Source of the DNA: Sedimentisphaerales bacterium | GTDB taxonomy: Bacteria; Planctomycetota; Phycisphaerae; Sedimentisphaerales; SM23-30 | Direction: 5' to 3' | DNA: 64,000 bases | Assembly (NCBI GenBank): GCA_963663965.2 | Contig: CAXXFK010000028.1 | Span: forward strand, 64,001 to 128,000 | Shown here: positions 11,204-21,670 of the stretch, piece after piece | How positions within the stretch are numbered: the first letter of the stretch is position 1 | How the letters are laid out: each line of letters starts with the position of its first letter | Translations under genes and position numbers: made by a program | Notes under the pieces: generated by a model | The model's database searches: none | What the model saw: the letters and a program-made list of their open reading frames with translations, nothing else | Told to the model about the DNA's origin: nothing

Positions 11204-12347
11204 GAAAATTTGTGTGATAATAACGTCCGCATTGTCGTTGAAGTTATTTAGGAAACAGTGGACTTATTGGCAGGATAACGGCTGGGATGTAAGTTGTATT
11301 GCCGGCCCAGGAGATAAAGAGCATGAATTAGTCAGGGGGCTAGGTGTTAAAACACATGTAGTTCCTTTCGAGAGACTACCATCAGTATTTAAAGATATTT
11401 ATTGTTTGATTAAACTTTGGCGGTTTCTTTTATGGAACAGGTATGATGTTTTACATATTTCTACCCCAAAGGCATCTTTTATCGCTTCCTTAGCCGCTTT
11501 TTTAAGTGGGCATCGGAGGGTTTATTACCTTTTGAGAGGGCGTGCATATGAGAATATGTCAGGTCTCAAGCGAAAAATTATGATGTTGTGTGAATGGATT
11601 ACCTGCCATCTTTCGACAGTTGTTGTTCCAATTTGTAAAGAAATGGGAGAAACTGTAGTGAAAGAGGGGTTATGTAATAAAAGAAAAATAAGATTGGTTG
11701 GTAGTGGATCGAGTGCAGGTGTTGATTTATCCATTTTTTCCCTAACTAATGAAGTCAGAAAAAAAGCTGAGCAAATACGTAATGATAATAATGTGTCAAA
11801 AGCTGACATTATTTTGCTTTACGTAGGTTGGTTTAGACGCGATAAAGGTACAAATGAACTTATATCTGCTTTTGAAAAAATCGTTAACTCTTATGATAAT
11901 GTCAAGTTAATGCTAGTGGGTGAATTTGAACCTGGCGATCCTCTTGAAGAAAATGTTATTAATTCAATTAAGAACAATCCTGATATTATTCATATTCCCT
12001 GGCAAAAAGATATAGCTCCTTATTATGTTACAGCTGACATTTTAGTATTTCCAAGCTACAGAGAGGGTTTTGGAAATGTTGCAATTGAAGCATCAGCAAT
12101 GGGTATACCTGTTATTGCAAGTGACATATCTGGGTGTCGAGAGGCAGTAGTTGATGGTATTACTGGTGTATTGGTACCTAAGCAAGATATTGATGGTCTG
12201 GTTTCGGCAATCTCTAAGTTGATTTCTAATAAAGAGCAAAGATTGAAATTGGGGGAATGCGGAAGGAAAAGGGTACAATGTGATTTTTCAGAGACTGTAA
12301 TTTTTTCTGAAACAGAAAAAATATTGGTAAGTCTTTTGAGAGTTTAA
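11187..12347 (+). CDS. Glycosyltransferase family 4 (CapM-like)
   Basis: HISTPKAS, GSGSSAGVD, FPSYREGFGNVAIEASAMG. Confidence 0.88.
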   Translation: MQRKNKKICVIITSALSLKLFRKQWTYWQDNGWDVSCIAGPGDKEHELVRGLGVKTHVVPFERLPSVFKDIYCLIKLWRFLLWNRYDVLHISTPKASFIASLAAFLSGHRRVYYLLRGRAYENMSGLKRKIMMLCEWITCHLSTVVVPICKEMGETVVKEGLCNKRKIRLVGSGSSAGVDLSIFSLTNEVRKKAEQIRNDNNVSKADIILLYVGWFRRDKGTNELISAFEKIVNSYDNVKLMLVGEFEPGDPLEENVINSIKNNPDIIHIPWQKDIAPYYVTADILVFPSYREGFGNVAIEASAMGIPVIASDISGCREAVVDGITGVLVPKQDIDGLVSAISKLISNKEQRLKLGECGRKRVQCDFSETVIFSETEKILVSLLRV

Positions 12348-12516
12348 GGTTATTGTAAAAAACTAGATTTCACCTTAACTCCTACCTCTCTTTTCAAATC
12401 TTATTGAAAAATCCCCATTTTACTGCTAAAATTAACTATTTGTAACTTAGTTTATGAAGTTGTTTGGACTAATGAGTCTTTTATAGTACTCGTGTAACAG
12501 GTAGTGAGCGAAAAAT

Positions 12517-13533
12517 ATGGAAAATATTGTACCAATAAAGTTTAAGCCGGTATTGAAAGAAGTTTTGTGGGGGACTGACAGGTTCAAAGAGCTGTTTGGC
12601 CGTACTGATATTGAAGGGCCGGTTGGCGAATGCTGGCTGGGGGTTGATACTGACGTTGATCAGTCTGTTGTTGAAGGCGGTGCTTCTGACGGCAAGACAT
12701 TCCGTGAGTTTCTGGAGACAGAAGGCGAAAAATATGGTTTTGCCCCGGTTCAGTGTGAAAAATACTATAACCTGCTGAACAAATATATCGATACAAATGA
12801 TGCCCTGAGCGTGCAGGTGCACCCAAATAAGCTGGACAGCACATGTCCTCAGTTCCGTCCTAAAGATGAATGCTGGTATGTTATTGACGCTCAGGAAGGT
12901 GCCTTTGTCTATGCCGGGCTTAAAGATGGTGTTACCCGCGAACAGATGGCCGCTGCAGTAGAAACCGGCACAACATCTGAGCTGCTGCAGACACACGAAG
13001 CTAAGCCAGGCGATATCTTTATGATCCCAGCCGGTATGGTTCATGCCCTGGGTAAAGGGTTGCTGGTTGCGGAAATTGGTACAAGATCAACCACAACTTT
13101 CCGTCTATTTGACTGGAATCGTGTTGACAAGAACGGCAATGGTCGTGAGCTTCATATCGAACAATCGCTTGAGAGCATTGTTTTTGACCCTGAAGCACTG
13201 AAGACCAGGATCGTAAGCGGCGGCGATGTAACTGCTAAACTGATGGAAACTGCTAACCAGATGGGTACAGGTAAAACCCTGGTAGATTGTCAGTTCTTTA
13301 CAGTGGCTGAGATCACAGCTAAGGCAGGTAAGGCTCAGTTTACACCAACTCAGCCGCTTATGGTTTACCAGGTGAGCGGCTCATCTAAGATCTACAGCCA
13401 GGCTGCGGCAGACCAGGCTATCGAAATGAAGCTTGGCTCGGCGGTTATTTACCCTGCGAATGTGGCCGGTGAGATCGAATTTGATAGTGATTCTATTGTT
13501 TTGATCACAACTCCTGGAACTGAGAAATACTAA
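12517..13533 (+). CDS. manA: Class I mannose-6-phosphate isomerase
   Basis: LWG, GECW, LSVQVHP, KDECWY, PAGMVHALG, EIG, TFRLFDW; metal ligands intact. Confidence 0.88.
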   Translation: MENIVPIKFKPVLKEVLWGTDRFKELFGRTDIEGPVGECWLGVDTDVDQSVVEGGASDGKTFREFLETEGEKYGFAPVQCEKYYNLLNKYIDTNDALSVQVHPNKLDSTCPQFRPKDECWYVIDAQEGAFVYAGLKDGVTREQMAAAVETGTTSELLQTHEAKPGDIFMIPAGMVHALGKGLLVAEIGTRSTTTFRLFDWNRVDKNGNGRELHIEQSLESIVFDPEALKTRIVSGGDVTAKLMETANQMGTGKTLVDCQFFTVAEITAKAGKAQFTPTQPLMVYQVSGSSKIYSQAAADQAIEMKLGSAVIYPANVAGEIEFDSDSIVLITTPGTEKY

Positions 13534-13782
13534 TTTTTTTGACAGTATATCAGGATCTTTGGCAGCTTGTAGTTAGGTGGTTTTTACCTCTGGTGCATTT
13601 CAGGCTTTCCGAATTTCCGGTAAATAGTAAAATAAAGGCAATTAAGGCTGATTTGGGCTTTAATTGTCTTTTTTTTATTAATATCTGAGCCGAAAGCCGT
13701 TATAAGTATAGAGTAAGTGCATATGTCCAAAGGTGAAAATGTACAGAAGTAATAAATATGATATGGAGTGCTGGAAATAGGC

Positions 13783-15084
13783 ATGGCTGATAAAAGTAAA
13801 AGTAAAGTAGTAGTTTGTGTGATTGGGCTTGGGTACGTTGGTTTGCCGCTGGCACGGGAGTTTGTCAGGGGCGGGGCTGCTGTAATTGGTTACGATATCA
13901 ACCCTGACTCTGTGAATCGCATAAATAATGGGTATTCGCCTTTGAAGCATATTCCAGACTGTGATATTAAAGAGATGGTTAAGACTGGCTTATTCAAGGC
14001 AACAACAGATGATCGGCAGATGGCAAAGGCCGATGCCGTGATATTGTGTGTTCCTACGCCGTTGACTGAGAATCGAGAGCCGGATATGCAGTATGTTGAG
14101 AATTCCTGTCGTACTGTTGCCGGTAATCTTCAAAAGGGGCAGCTGGTGGTGCTGGAGAGTACGACATACCCCGGGACAACGAATGAGGTTATGAAGCCGA
14201 TATTGGAAGAGGCTGGTTTGAAGGCTGGCAAGGATTTCTATCTGGCATATTCACCTGAGCGGGAAGATCCTGGTAACATTACGTATTGTACCAGAACGAT
14301 ACCTAAGGTTATCGGTGCGATAGATAAGGCTTCGCTGCAGAAGGGGCTGGAGGTATATAAGTATGCGATAGATACCATGGTGCCGGTTGACAGCTGTGAG
14401 ACAGCTGAGGCTATCAAGATAGTGGAGAATGTCTATCGTTGTGTGAATATTGCGATGGTTAACGAGCTGAAGCAGCTGTTTGACCGCATGGGTATTGATG
14501 TCTGGGAGGTGATCAGAGGTGCCAGTACCAAGCCGTTCGGCTATCAGCCGTTTTACCCAGGTCCGGGACTGGGTGGTCACTGTATTCCGATCGACCCATT
14601 TTACCTGACTTGGCGAGCTCGTCAGTTTGGTATGCCGACACGGTTCATTGAGCTAGCTGGTGAGATAAATACCAATATGCCGCATTATGTGGTACAGCGT
14701 ACAATGGATGCTCTGAATGACCATAAAAAGAGCCTGAACGGGGCGAGAGTTCTTGTTCTTGGCCTGGCGTATAAGAAAGATATTGATGACATTCGTGAAT
14801 CGCCGTCGCTTGAGTTGATCGAGCTTCTAAGAGAGAAGGGGGCGAAGGTAGACTATAACGATCCATATATCCCGGCGACTAAAAAGACTCGAGAATATGA
14901 TCTTAAGATGAAGTCTGTAAAGCTGACACCTGCTAAGATCGCCAGCTACGACTGTGTGCTGGTAGCGACTGCCCATAGTGAATATGATATGACTATGATC
15001 GTCAAAAATGCGAAGCTCGTGGTTGATACCAGGAATGCGACCGATGCGGTCAAGGTTGGCAGGAAGAAGGTTGTTAAGGCCTGA
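13783..15084 (+). CDS. UDP-N-acetylhexosamine 6-dehydrogenase (WbpA/WecC-like nucleotide-sugar dehydrogenase)
   Basis: VIGLGYVGLPLA, LESTTYPGTT, SPEREDPG, GGHCIPIDP, GLAYKKDIDDIRESP. Confidence 0.93.
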   Translation: MADKSKSKVVVCVIGLGYVGLPLAREFVRGGAAVIGYDINPDSVNRINNGYSPLKHIPDCDIKEMVKTGLFKATTDDRQMAKADAVILCVPTPLTENREPDMQYVENSCRTVAGNLQKGQLVVLESTTYPGTTNEVMKPILEEAGLKAGKDFYLAYSPEREDPGNITYCTRTIPKVIGAIDKASLQKGLEVYKYAIDTMVPVDSCETAEAIKIVENVYRCVNIAMVNELKQLFDRMGIDVWEVIRGASTKPFGYQPFYPGPGLGGHCIPIDPFYLTWRARQFGMPTRFIELAGEINTNMPHYVVQRTMDALNDHKKSLNGARVLVLGLAYKKDIDDIRESPSLELIELLREKGAKVDYNDPYIPATKKTREYDLKMKSVKLTPAKIASYDCVLVATAHSEYDMTMIVKNAKLVVDTRNATDAVKVGRKKVVKA

Positions 15085-15100
15085 TAAAGTGCAGTTGAAA

Positions 15101-15787
15101 TTACTTCAATCTTGTCGGCTGCAAATCTGCCAAAGTCAGTGGACGCTGCAGGCGGTTTTTGCGTTTGGCGCATAGGTAGATGAAGAGCTCAGAGGTGATA
15201 TATGTGTCACCGGTAGCAGTGTGGCGGTCTTTCATTGATATGTCAAGATGGCGGCATATATCGTCAAGCAGTGGTGGACGCTGGTTAGCATAGCCGGTTT
15301 TATGGAACGCTTCGATTTCCTTGGTAGCCATTAAAGCAGTGTCTATAAGCTGGTTTTTCAGGCGAGCTCCAAAGATACGGTAGAACGCTTCATTTAGCAT
15401 TCTGGCATCGAAATGGATGTGATGACCGATTATGATCTTTCCAGCCAGGTCCTGAAGCAATACTCTCACAATATCAGCTTCATCTGTTCCTTCCAGTGTG
15501 TCAGAGGGTAATATACCATGGATCTTTACAGCTTCGTTTATCACTCCTTCTTTGCGATAGAAAATCATGCTTTTCATTTGTGATGGAGTGATAATATCCG
15601 TTGTGACTGGCAAGTAGGCAATAGACAGCATTTTATCTGAACCGACATTAAAGCCGGTTGTTTCTGTGTCCAGCACAACGAAAGATGCTTCAGAAACAGG
15701 GGTAGAGCCAGCCAGTGGTTTACCGGACAGATCATAATATTCTTTAGCTTCAGGTGTAAGTTTTTTTTTCGAGAAAAAATTCAGCAT
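15101..15787 (-). CDS. DEDDh 3'-5' exonuclease (DnaQ-like)
   Basis: VVLDTETTG, IHGI, GHHIHFD, RHTATGD. Confidence 0.9.
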   Translation of the reverse strand: MLNFFSKKKLTPEAKEYYDLSGKPLAGSTPVSEASFVVLDTETTGFNVGSDKMLSIAYLPVTTDIITPSQMKSMIFYRKEGVINEAVKIHGILPSDTLEGTDEADIVRVLLQDLAGKIIIGHHIHFDARMLNEAFYRIFGARLKNQLIDTALMATKEIEAFHKTGYANQRPPLLDDICRHLDISMKDRHTATGDTYITSELFIYLCAKRKNRLQRPLTLADLQPTRLK

Positions 15788-15801
15788 ATACTAGAGGCAC
15801 C

Positions 15802-17757
15802 TTATTTCATATCCAGCTGGAATTCCAGACGTATCATTGTCTGTACCATGCGAACAACATCGAACACATTTGACAGCTGTGCTTTTTGCAGTTTTGTCAG
15901 CGAAGATGGCTCAATGTATCTTCCCGAATTCCCCTTATTCAAGCCGTTAATGGTCCTCATCTTTAGTAGGACGTCATAGCTGTCTTTAGCCATCAGGGCC
16001 AGGTCGGCGTGTTTCTCGACCTTTTCATGTATCTCATCCCAACGCCCGCCAGTAGAATGGTGAGCGGACAGATTGTACTTTAACGCAAGTATTTGTGCTG
16101 CTCCACGTATTGGTGATAGAACACGTTTCTTGATATCGAATTTTCCTTCATTTCCACCTTTCTTTTCGACGACAAAACGGCCGAAGAAGTTTAGTGGTGG
16201 TGGGGTAGCAATAATGATTTCAGCGAGTCTTTTCTGTAGTTGCGGGTTACCGGCAACGTTCTTATATATCTTTGTTTTTAACTGGTCACAAATAGTCTGC
16301 TCGCCAGCAACATAACGCATATCATACATAATGATAGCTCTGATAAGCTTGTCAGAGTCAGTGATCTTACTGGTGTCTGCTATTTCCGTTTCCCATTCAT
16401 TCAGGGTTCTGCACCATTTTGGATTAAGTGCCATAACGCCACCCTGGCACTTTGCGAAGCCGCAATTCTGCATTTTGTTAATTACGTATTCACCCAAAAT
16501 TGTGAATTTAGCCCTGAAATTCTCGATTGTTTCTGCATCATCGTCAGGGGTAGTGAAGATAATCGCATTGTCCATATCGGTACGGAGCAGCTGCTCTCTT
16601 CTGCCATCACTTCCAACAGAAAGCCACGCCCAGCCAGAAGCAGGAATGCTAATACCTTCATCCATCAATTCAACAACACTCATATCAAGAAAACGCTGAA
16701 TAAGCTCATCGTAGAGCTCAGCACATAGCTGGCCAACGAAGATTGCAGATACGCCAGATTCCAGGTATCCTTTAATAATACGTTCGATATCATCGCATAT
16801 TTCGCGGAACCTGCCAGGGGCACGGGTATAGCGAATCTCACGAAGGATACCAGCCGGGTGCAGTCCGCTTTGGGTGAGCAGATCTTTCTCTGAAAATATA
16901 TCCAGAGCAGGTGAATTTGGGGTGCCGTCTTCAGTTACGCAAACCTGGCCAATTCTTTTCCTTAACATGAGGATGAGGGCAACGGTTGAGCTGGAATACG
17001 CTTTAACAGTTACAACAGGCTGTGACATGATTGTGTCTATAGGCAGGTTCTCATCGATCTTTTCAACAATAACCTTTGAAACCAGGTTTGAATGAGTAAC
17101 TATGCCGATAGGGTGTTTATCTTCATCTACTACCAGCATTGATGGAATGTTAAGTTTACCCATCTTACTGGCAACTTCGTGAATTGTTTCCTTTGGGCTG
17201 CAGGTAACCAGTCTGTCAAGTCTGCGGGGCTGGATAAGATGTGCTCCATCGAGATGTGCCTGCAGAATATTTTTAGAACGGCCACCGACTATCGTATCTG
17301 TTCGTTCAGGCAGTTTAACGGAAATACCAAGTCTGGTAGCCCAGAACAGATGCCTGCGAACATAGTTGCGTGCATCGTCATTATTCTCTATAAGGGACAG
17401 CATCTGCGACCATGGAATAGCATAGAAGAAGCTGTCTTCAATAACCCTGGCTGTAATGATAAACGGCTTGTTTTCATAGAAAGCCGTTAGACCAAGCAGA
17501 TCACCAACATCTCGTATATCAACCAGTTCGTTTTTGCCATTATCTCCAGCAAGATATTCGACTCTGCCTCTTGCCAGGAAATAAAGGTATTGGCCGGGGG
17601 TATCGCCCTGGGTCCATAAAGTGTCATCTTTGACCTTTACGCTGACAGATACCATCTGGGCCAGCTTTGCCACTTCGCTCTTTTCAAGCATTGAAAAGGG
17701 AGGGAAGCGAGTCAGGTTAGCCTCAATTCTTTCTGGGATAAGGTTTTCTATGGCCAT
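15802..17757 (-). CDS. cNMP-binding + CBS pair + DUF294 nucleotidyltransferase-like protein
   Basis: N-terminal cNMP-like domain (FPPFSML...GRVE...GDLLG), CBS pair, GSDGRREQLLRTDMDNA, CQGGVMA, DMRYVAG, FDIKK. Confidence 0.9.
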   Translation of the reverse strand: MAIENLIPERIEANLTRFPPFSMLEKSEVAKLAQMVSVSVKVKDDTLWTQGDTPGQYLYFLARGRVEYLAGDNGKNELVDIRDVGDLLGLTAFYENKPFIITARVIEDSFFYAIPWSQMLSLIENNDDARNYVRRHLFWATRLGISVKLPERTDTIVGGRSKNILQAHLDGAHLIQPRRLDRLVTCSPKETIHEVASKMGKLNIPSMLVVDEDKHPIGIVTHSNLVSKVIVEKIDENLPIDTIMSQPVVTVKAYSSSTVALILMLRKRIGQVCVTEDGTPNSPALDIFSEKDLLTQSGLHPAGILREIRYTRAPGRFREICDDIERIIKGYLESGVSAIFVGQLCAELYDELIQRFLDMSVVELMDEGISIPASGWAWLSVGSDGRREQLLRTDMDNAIIFTTPDDDAETIENFRAKFTILGEYVINKMQNCGFAKCQGGVMALNPKWCRTLNEWETEIADTSKITDSDKLIRAIIMYDMRYVAGEQTICDQLKTKIYKNVAGNPQLQKRLAEIIIATPPPLNFFGRFVVEKKGGNEGKFDIKKRVLSPIRGAAQILALKYNLSAHHSTGGRWDEIHEKVEKHADLALMAKDSYDVLLKMRTINGLNKGNSGRYIEPSSLTKLQKAQLSNVFDVVRMVQTMIRLEFQLDMK

Positions 17758-17840
17758 GGTGTCTCTTTTTATGACAGTATAAATATCTATTAACAGATTG
17801 ATATGATAACGGCAGGGAGTTTACTTTCAAGGATAATATT

Positions 17841-17890
17841 AACGGCAAAGGGGCAACTACTAAACTGCGTAGTATTTCCTTTGCCGTTTT
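17841..17890. terminator. Hairpin downstream of FHA gene, putative intrinsic terminator
   Basis: AACGGCAAAGG...CCTTTGCCGTT inverted repeat with inner ACTAC/GTAGT stem. Confidence 0.55.
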
Positions 17891-17925
17891 GTTTGTGAAT
17901 TTATATTGTTGTTGGCTATTGTGGC

Positions 17926-18288
17926 TTAAACCTCAATAGCAAGGTCGGGTGGAGACACTTCTTTAGGCAAACCGTCAATTGTAATAGTAAAATGAATGTC
18001 CGCTACCGAGAGAATGTCTCCAGCATGTACAGTGGTTGGGATCTCGATCTTTTTGCTATTTACGAATGTCCCGTTAGAGCTATGCAGGTCAGATATAGTC
18101 AATTTATCTTCTTCGCAGCTCAGTTTACAGTGTCTGCGTGATACAGCAGATTTCAGGACGCGAATCGTACAGTCTGGCTGTCTGCCTATAATGGTATCAC
18201 TGGTGGTAATAGGTATATCTTTTCTTTTGCCGTTTTTCTTAAATAGTACTAATGTTGTGTTCATCCAGACGCTCCAATTAAAATGCAA
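17926..18288 (-). CDS. Small FHA-domain protein
   Basis: IIGRQPDC, VSRRHC, DLHSSNGTFVN; true start may be the ATG at 18264. Confidence 0.9.
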   Translation of the reverse strand: MHFNWSVWMNTTLVLFKKNGKRKDIPITTSDTIIGRQPDCTIRVLKSAVSRRHCKLSCEEDKLTISDLHSSNGTFVNSKKIEIPTTVHAGDILSVADIHFTITIDGLPKEVSPPDLAIEV

Positions 18289-18532
18289 AAACGGTTTCTA
18301 ACTGACAAATATAGAACAAAATTTAGATATTTATAATGAAAAAGATATTTCACTTAACAAAGTAATTATCGGTCACATTGCGGTGAATAATTATTAATAT
18401 TTCACAAAAATACAAAATTGTATTATTTGGTATTTTTGTAACTCGTTTTAGTGATTGTTGTGTATTTTAGTTATAAATATGACTAAGTAACCGTCCTATA
18501 TTTAATTGCATGTTTCATTGTGCCTCTTGCTG

Positions 18533-19444
18533 CTAGCTTCTTATTATAGAGCTGAGCTTGCCAACAGCCTGATTTTGAATTTGCCTGATACGCTCCTTGG
18601 ATAGGCCTAATTCCTGGCCAATGTCTTTTAGAGTCATTTGGTTTCCATTGTATTCGCCGACAGAGAATCTCATTTTAAGTACTTTTTTTTCCACTTCAGA
18701 TAGATTGCCTCTTTCACCCAGAATGTAGTATCTGATCTGGCGAATTGAGTCCAGCACTCTCTCTTCCCTGAGCTGCTGACAAGTAGTATCGATTTCCAGT
18801 GCAGGGTCGTAATTTACATAGCTTATCCTGCTGAGTTTATACTGTTTTTTAGCAAGTCTTGAGAAGCTTTTACCGATTGCCCGGCAGGCATAAGTACTGA
18901 AGTGGAACCCAAGCCGATAGTCATAGCATTCAGTAACCCTTAGTAATGCCATAGAGCCTTCGCTGACAAGCTCGCCATATTCCAAACTGCCGTATTTGCA
19001 GTTTTGTGCCATATTCAATACCAGGCCCATATTGCAGGTTGTGATATAATCACGTATCTGCATTTGCTTATTATCCCAGGTTAGCATAGCAGTTATCAGT
19101 TTTATGTTTGCCTGTTCAGAATTGCATATTTTCCGCCTGATCCTTTCAATTATGAATCTGAAATAATGAAGTTGGGCAAATAGAACTTTGTGCTGCTTGT
19201 GAGAAGGCGGGTAGCCCGGTTCGATCTCAACGATATGTGACTTGAGATCCTGTACCCAGACAGGGTCTGTGAAATTAGTATCAAACTGGTATCGAATCCC
19301 TTCAACCAGTATTTTGCCGATACGTTTAATCTCTATCTGGCTGAACCCATTATTCGCTAATTGAGTCAGCAAATTACGGTCAATCCGTACTGTATTCTGC
19401 GCTTCCTGCTTCATGCTGTTTTCTCCCATGTTGGTGAATACCAT
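18533..19444 (-). CDS. Sigma-70 family RNA polymerase sigma factor (regions 2 and 4)
   Basis: NMGLVLNMA, ELVSEG, GFHFSTYA, TLKDIGQELGLSKERIRQIQ. Confidence 0.9.
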   Translation of the reverse strand: MVFTNMGENSMKQEAQNTVRIDRNLLTQLANNGFSQIEIKRIGKILVEGIRYQFDTNFTDPVWVQDLKSHIVEIEPGYPPSHKQHKVLFAQLHYFRFIIERIRRKICNSEQANIKLITAMLTWDNKQMQIRDYITTCNMGLVLNMAQNCKYGSLEYGELVSEGSMALLRVTECYDYRLGFHFSTYACRAIGKSFSRLAKKQYKLSRISYVNYDPALEIDTTCQQLREERVLDSIRQIRYYILGERGNLSEVEKKVLKMRFSVGEYNGNQMTLKDIGQELGLSKERIRQIQNQAVGKLSSIIRS

Positions 19445-19640
19445 TTCGAATAATCTTTCTTTATTTGAACTTAACTGCTAAAAAAAAGCAATAAGACTAA
19501 GTACTGTATTGTGCATGTGACTTAACCATTAAAAAATAGTAGGTAAAATCCCTTACATGTTTTTTGTTAGATTAAAGTTAGTGTGGATAAAACTGAGAAA
19601 TATTTATATAATTCATGGTATGCGTAAAACTAACGGAAAA

Positions 19641-20795
19641 ATGACATATAAGTGCTTTTTGGCAGTTTTTTTACTGCTTTCGTTCTGTACAGTGCTTTTT
19701 AGCGCGGAGCGTCAGGCAGTTGTTTATTATTCTGATGGAACTGTTCTGGAAGGCATGCTTATTCAGGGGGAAGGCAAAGATCTTAAACTGAGTATTCCTG
19801 ATGGTGGGGATATTTATACTTTTGATATGGTTTCACTTGAAAAAGTTCAATATGACAAAGTTCGTAAGTTTGGTATAGATGTTCTTAAAAAGATCACTTT
19901 TTTCCCAACTAAAGAAGAGCTTTTAAGAAAGTGGAAGTTTGTTGAGCAGACGAAGTACAATGAAGAGACCGCTGAGGCAGATTATACTCCTGCCCAAAAG
20001 GAGTATTACGGAGAACTGTATCCTGTAAGGCAGGTTGCTGCTTCTGTTGAATTTAATAGTGGTGAAGTGCTTTATGGTCATCTATATTCTACTTCCGTTT
20101 TACTAAAGAGTGAGGCTGGTAATAAGAAGATAGTGCTCAGGTCAAAAGATAGCGGCAGGGAAGGGCAGGGTCTTGATGATCTGGTATATGTCAGCTGTAT
20201 TAACTTTGTTGATGAAGGTGTTAAGATCTCGGCAGTGAAGAAGATCAAGCTTCCAGATGCTGTCATAGAATCTGTTGATGAGGTCTTTGCGATTACAAAA
20301 GATACTCTTAATCCGGTGAAGGCTACCTTAAACGAGTTTGACCATAGTGTGACAGTTGAGTCCACGCTGGGGGAAGATGTGTTTCTGGCGGTCAAAAAAA
20401 GTGATGGTTATTTTGTCGGATGGCCATGTATCTGTTATAAATATTACAAAGCTATGGCTGATGAATATGTTAGTAATGCCAGAGACTTCTTTAACGATAG
20501 AGAGTTGATCAGCGTTTGGCCTGACAATGATAATAATTACCTGTATGGATTAGTCAGTTTGAGAAGACGTCACGCAGATAGTAATTTCGGTGAGATTGGC
20601 GGCGAATGGGATAAAAGTAGAAACGGCATAGTTGAACCGTGGCGGTTAAGCATATGGCGTTGGCGGATAGATAGTAAAAGTAGTGAGTTGGCATTAACTG
20701 GCAGGGGAACATTTGTGAGGTTGATCTTTGAACCTGCTGAGTTGACGCCTTTTGTAGGAATAGAAGGTAAATTATGGACTATACCAGAGAAATAG
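19641..20795 (+). CDS. Hypothetical secreted protein
   Basis: Long ORF with signal-peptide-like start MTYKCFLAVFLLLSFCTVLFS; no recognised motif; overlaps IMPase start. Confidence 0.7.
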   Translation: MTYKCFLAVFLLLSFCTVLFSAERQAVVYYSDGTVLEGMLIQGEGKDLKLSIPDGGDIYTFDMVSLEKVQYDKVRKFGIDVLKKITFFPTKEELLRKWKFVEQTKYNEETAEADYTPAQKEYYGELYPVRQVAASVEFNSGEVLYGHLYSTSVLLKSEAGNKKIVLRSKDSGREGQGLDDLVYVSCINFVDEGVKISAVKKIKLPDAVIESVDEVFAITKDTLNPVKATLNEFDHSVTVESTLGEDVFLAVKKSDGYFVGWPCICYKYYKAMADEYVSNARDFFNDRELISVWPDNDNNYLYGLVSLRRRHADSNFGEIGGEWDKSRNGIVEPWRLSIWRWRIDSKSSELALTGRGTFVRLIFEPAELTPFVGIEGKLWTIPEK

Positions 20796-21595
20796 AGATA
20801 GCAAAAAAAGCGGCACGCAGGGCTGGTGACTTTGCTCTGGAAAATATTGCAGCTGAAAGTAGATTAAAAGCTTGTGATAATTCCATTGTGACTGATATTG
20901 ATGAAAAGTCACAGGAAATGATAATAGAGAGTCTAAAAAGTGTTTTTCCTGAATATGGTATTATTGGTGAAGAGCCAGCCAGTGAAAATGGTGAAATGCT
21001 GCTGAAGGTTCCGCCGACTGGCGATCTGAATGCATGGTGGGTTATTGACCCGATCGATGGAACTCGTAACTTTGCCTGTGGGTTACCATATTTTGCTGTG
21101 AGCATTGGTTTGCTGGTTGATGGTATGCCGGCAGGTGGCGTGATATATTATCCTGACAGGAAGGAAATGTACTGGGCCAGCGATGTTAATGGAAATGCTT
21201 TTTGTAATGATGAAGTTATAAATGCAAAAGTAGATACGATCCACCACAATACCCAGATATGCGTCTCTGGGCTGCTGCATGAATTCTGGAGTTCTCAGCA
21301 GGTTGAGGGAGTCTTTAAGAATTGTGTGCATATGAATCTTGGGACTGCAGCGTTGCATATGGCGTACCTTGCCGCTGGTAAGTATTCTGCCGGTGTTTTT
21401 CTTCGTACTAAGCTTTGGGACGTGGCAGGTGGTGCCGCAATCCTACAGGCGGCAGGGGGGAAGATAGCTGATTACTATGGGAAAGATCTTTTTCCTGTAA
21501 ATTGTGCTGAATATACCGGTAGTCAGGTGAGATGTCTGCTAGGCTGTGAGTCAATAGTTCAAGAGATCGCCGATTTAATTAAGTATGATAAATAG
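20774..21595 (+). CDS. Inositol monophosphatase family protein
   Basis: VTDID, GEE, WVIDPIDGTRNF, WDVAGG. Confidence 0.93.
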   Translation: MDYTREIEIAKKAARRAGDFALENIAAESRLKACDNSIVTDIDEKSQEMIIESLKSVFPEYGIIGEEPASENGEMLLKVPPTGDLNAWWVIDPIDGTRNFACGLPYFAVSIGLLVDGMPAGGVIYYPDRKEMYWASDVNGNAFCNDEVINAKVDTIHHNTQICVSGLLHEFWSSQQVEGVFKNCVHMNLGTAALHMAYLAAGKYSAGVFLRTKLWDVAGGAAILQAAGGKIADYYGKDLFPVNCAEYTGSQVRCLLGCESIVQEIADLIKYDK

Positions 21596-21670
21596 AATGC
21601 CTAGTAATCAAACAAATGGTTGCTTAATATAAAATGCTTCGTTGAAGTAAAGAGAAAAGCGTTATTGGAA

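Noticed and set aside
16073..17490. Several plus-strand ORFs opposite DUF294 (and similar short antisense ORFs throughout)
   Set aside because: Shadow ORFs of well-supported genes with no motifs.
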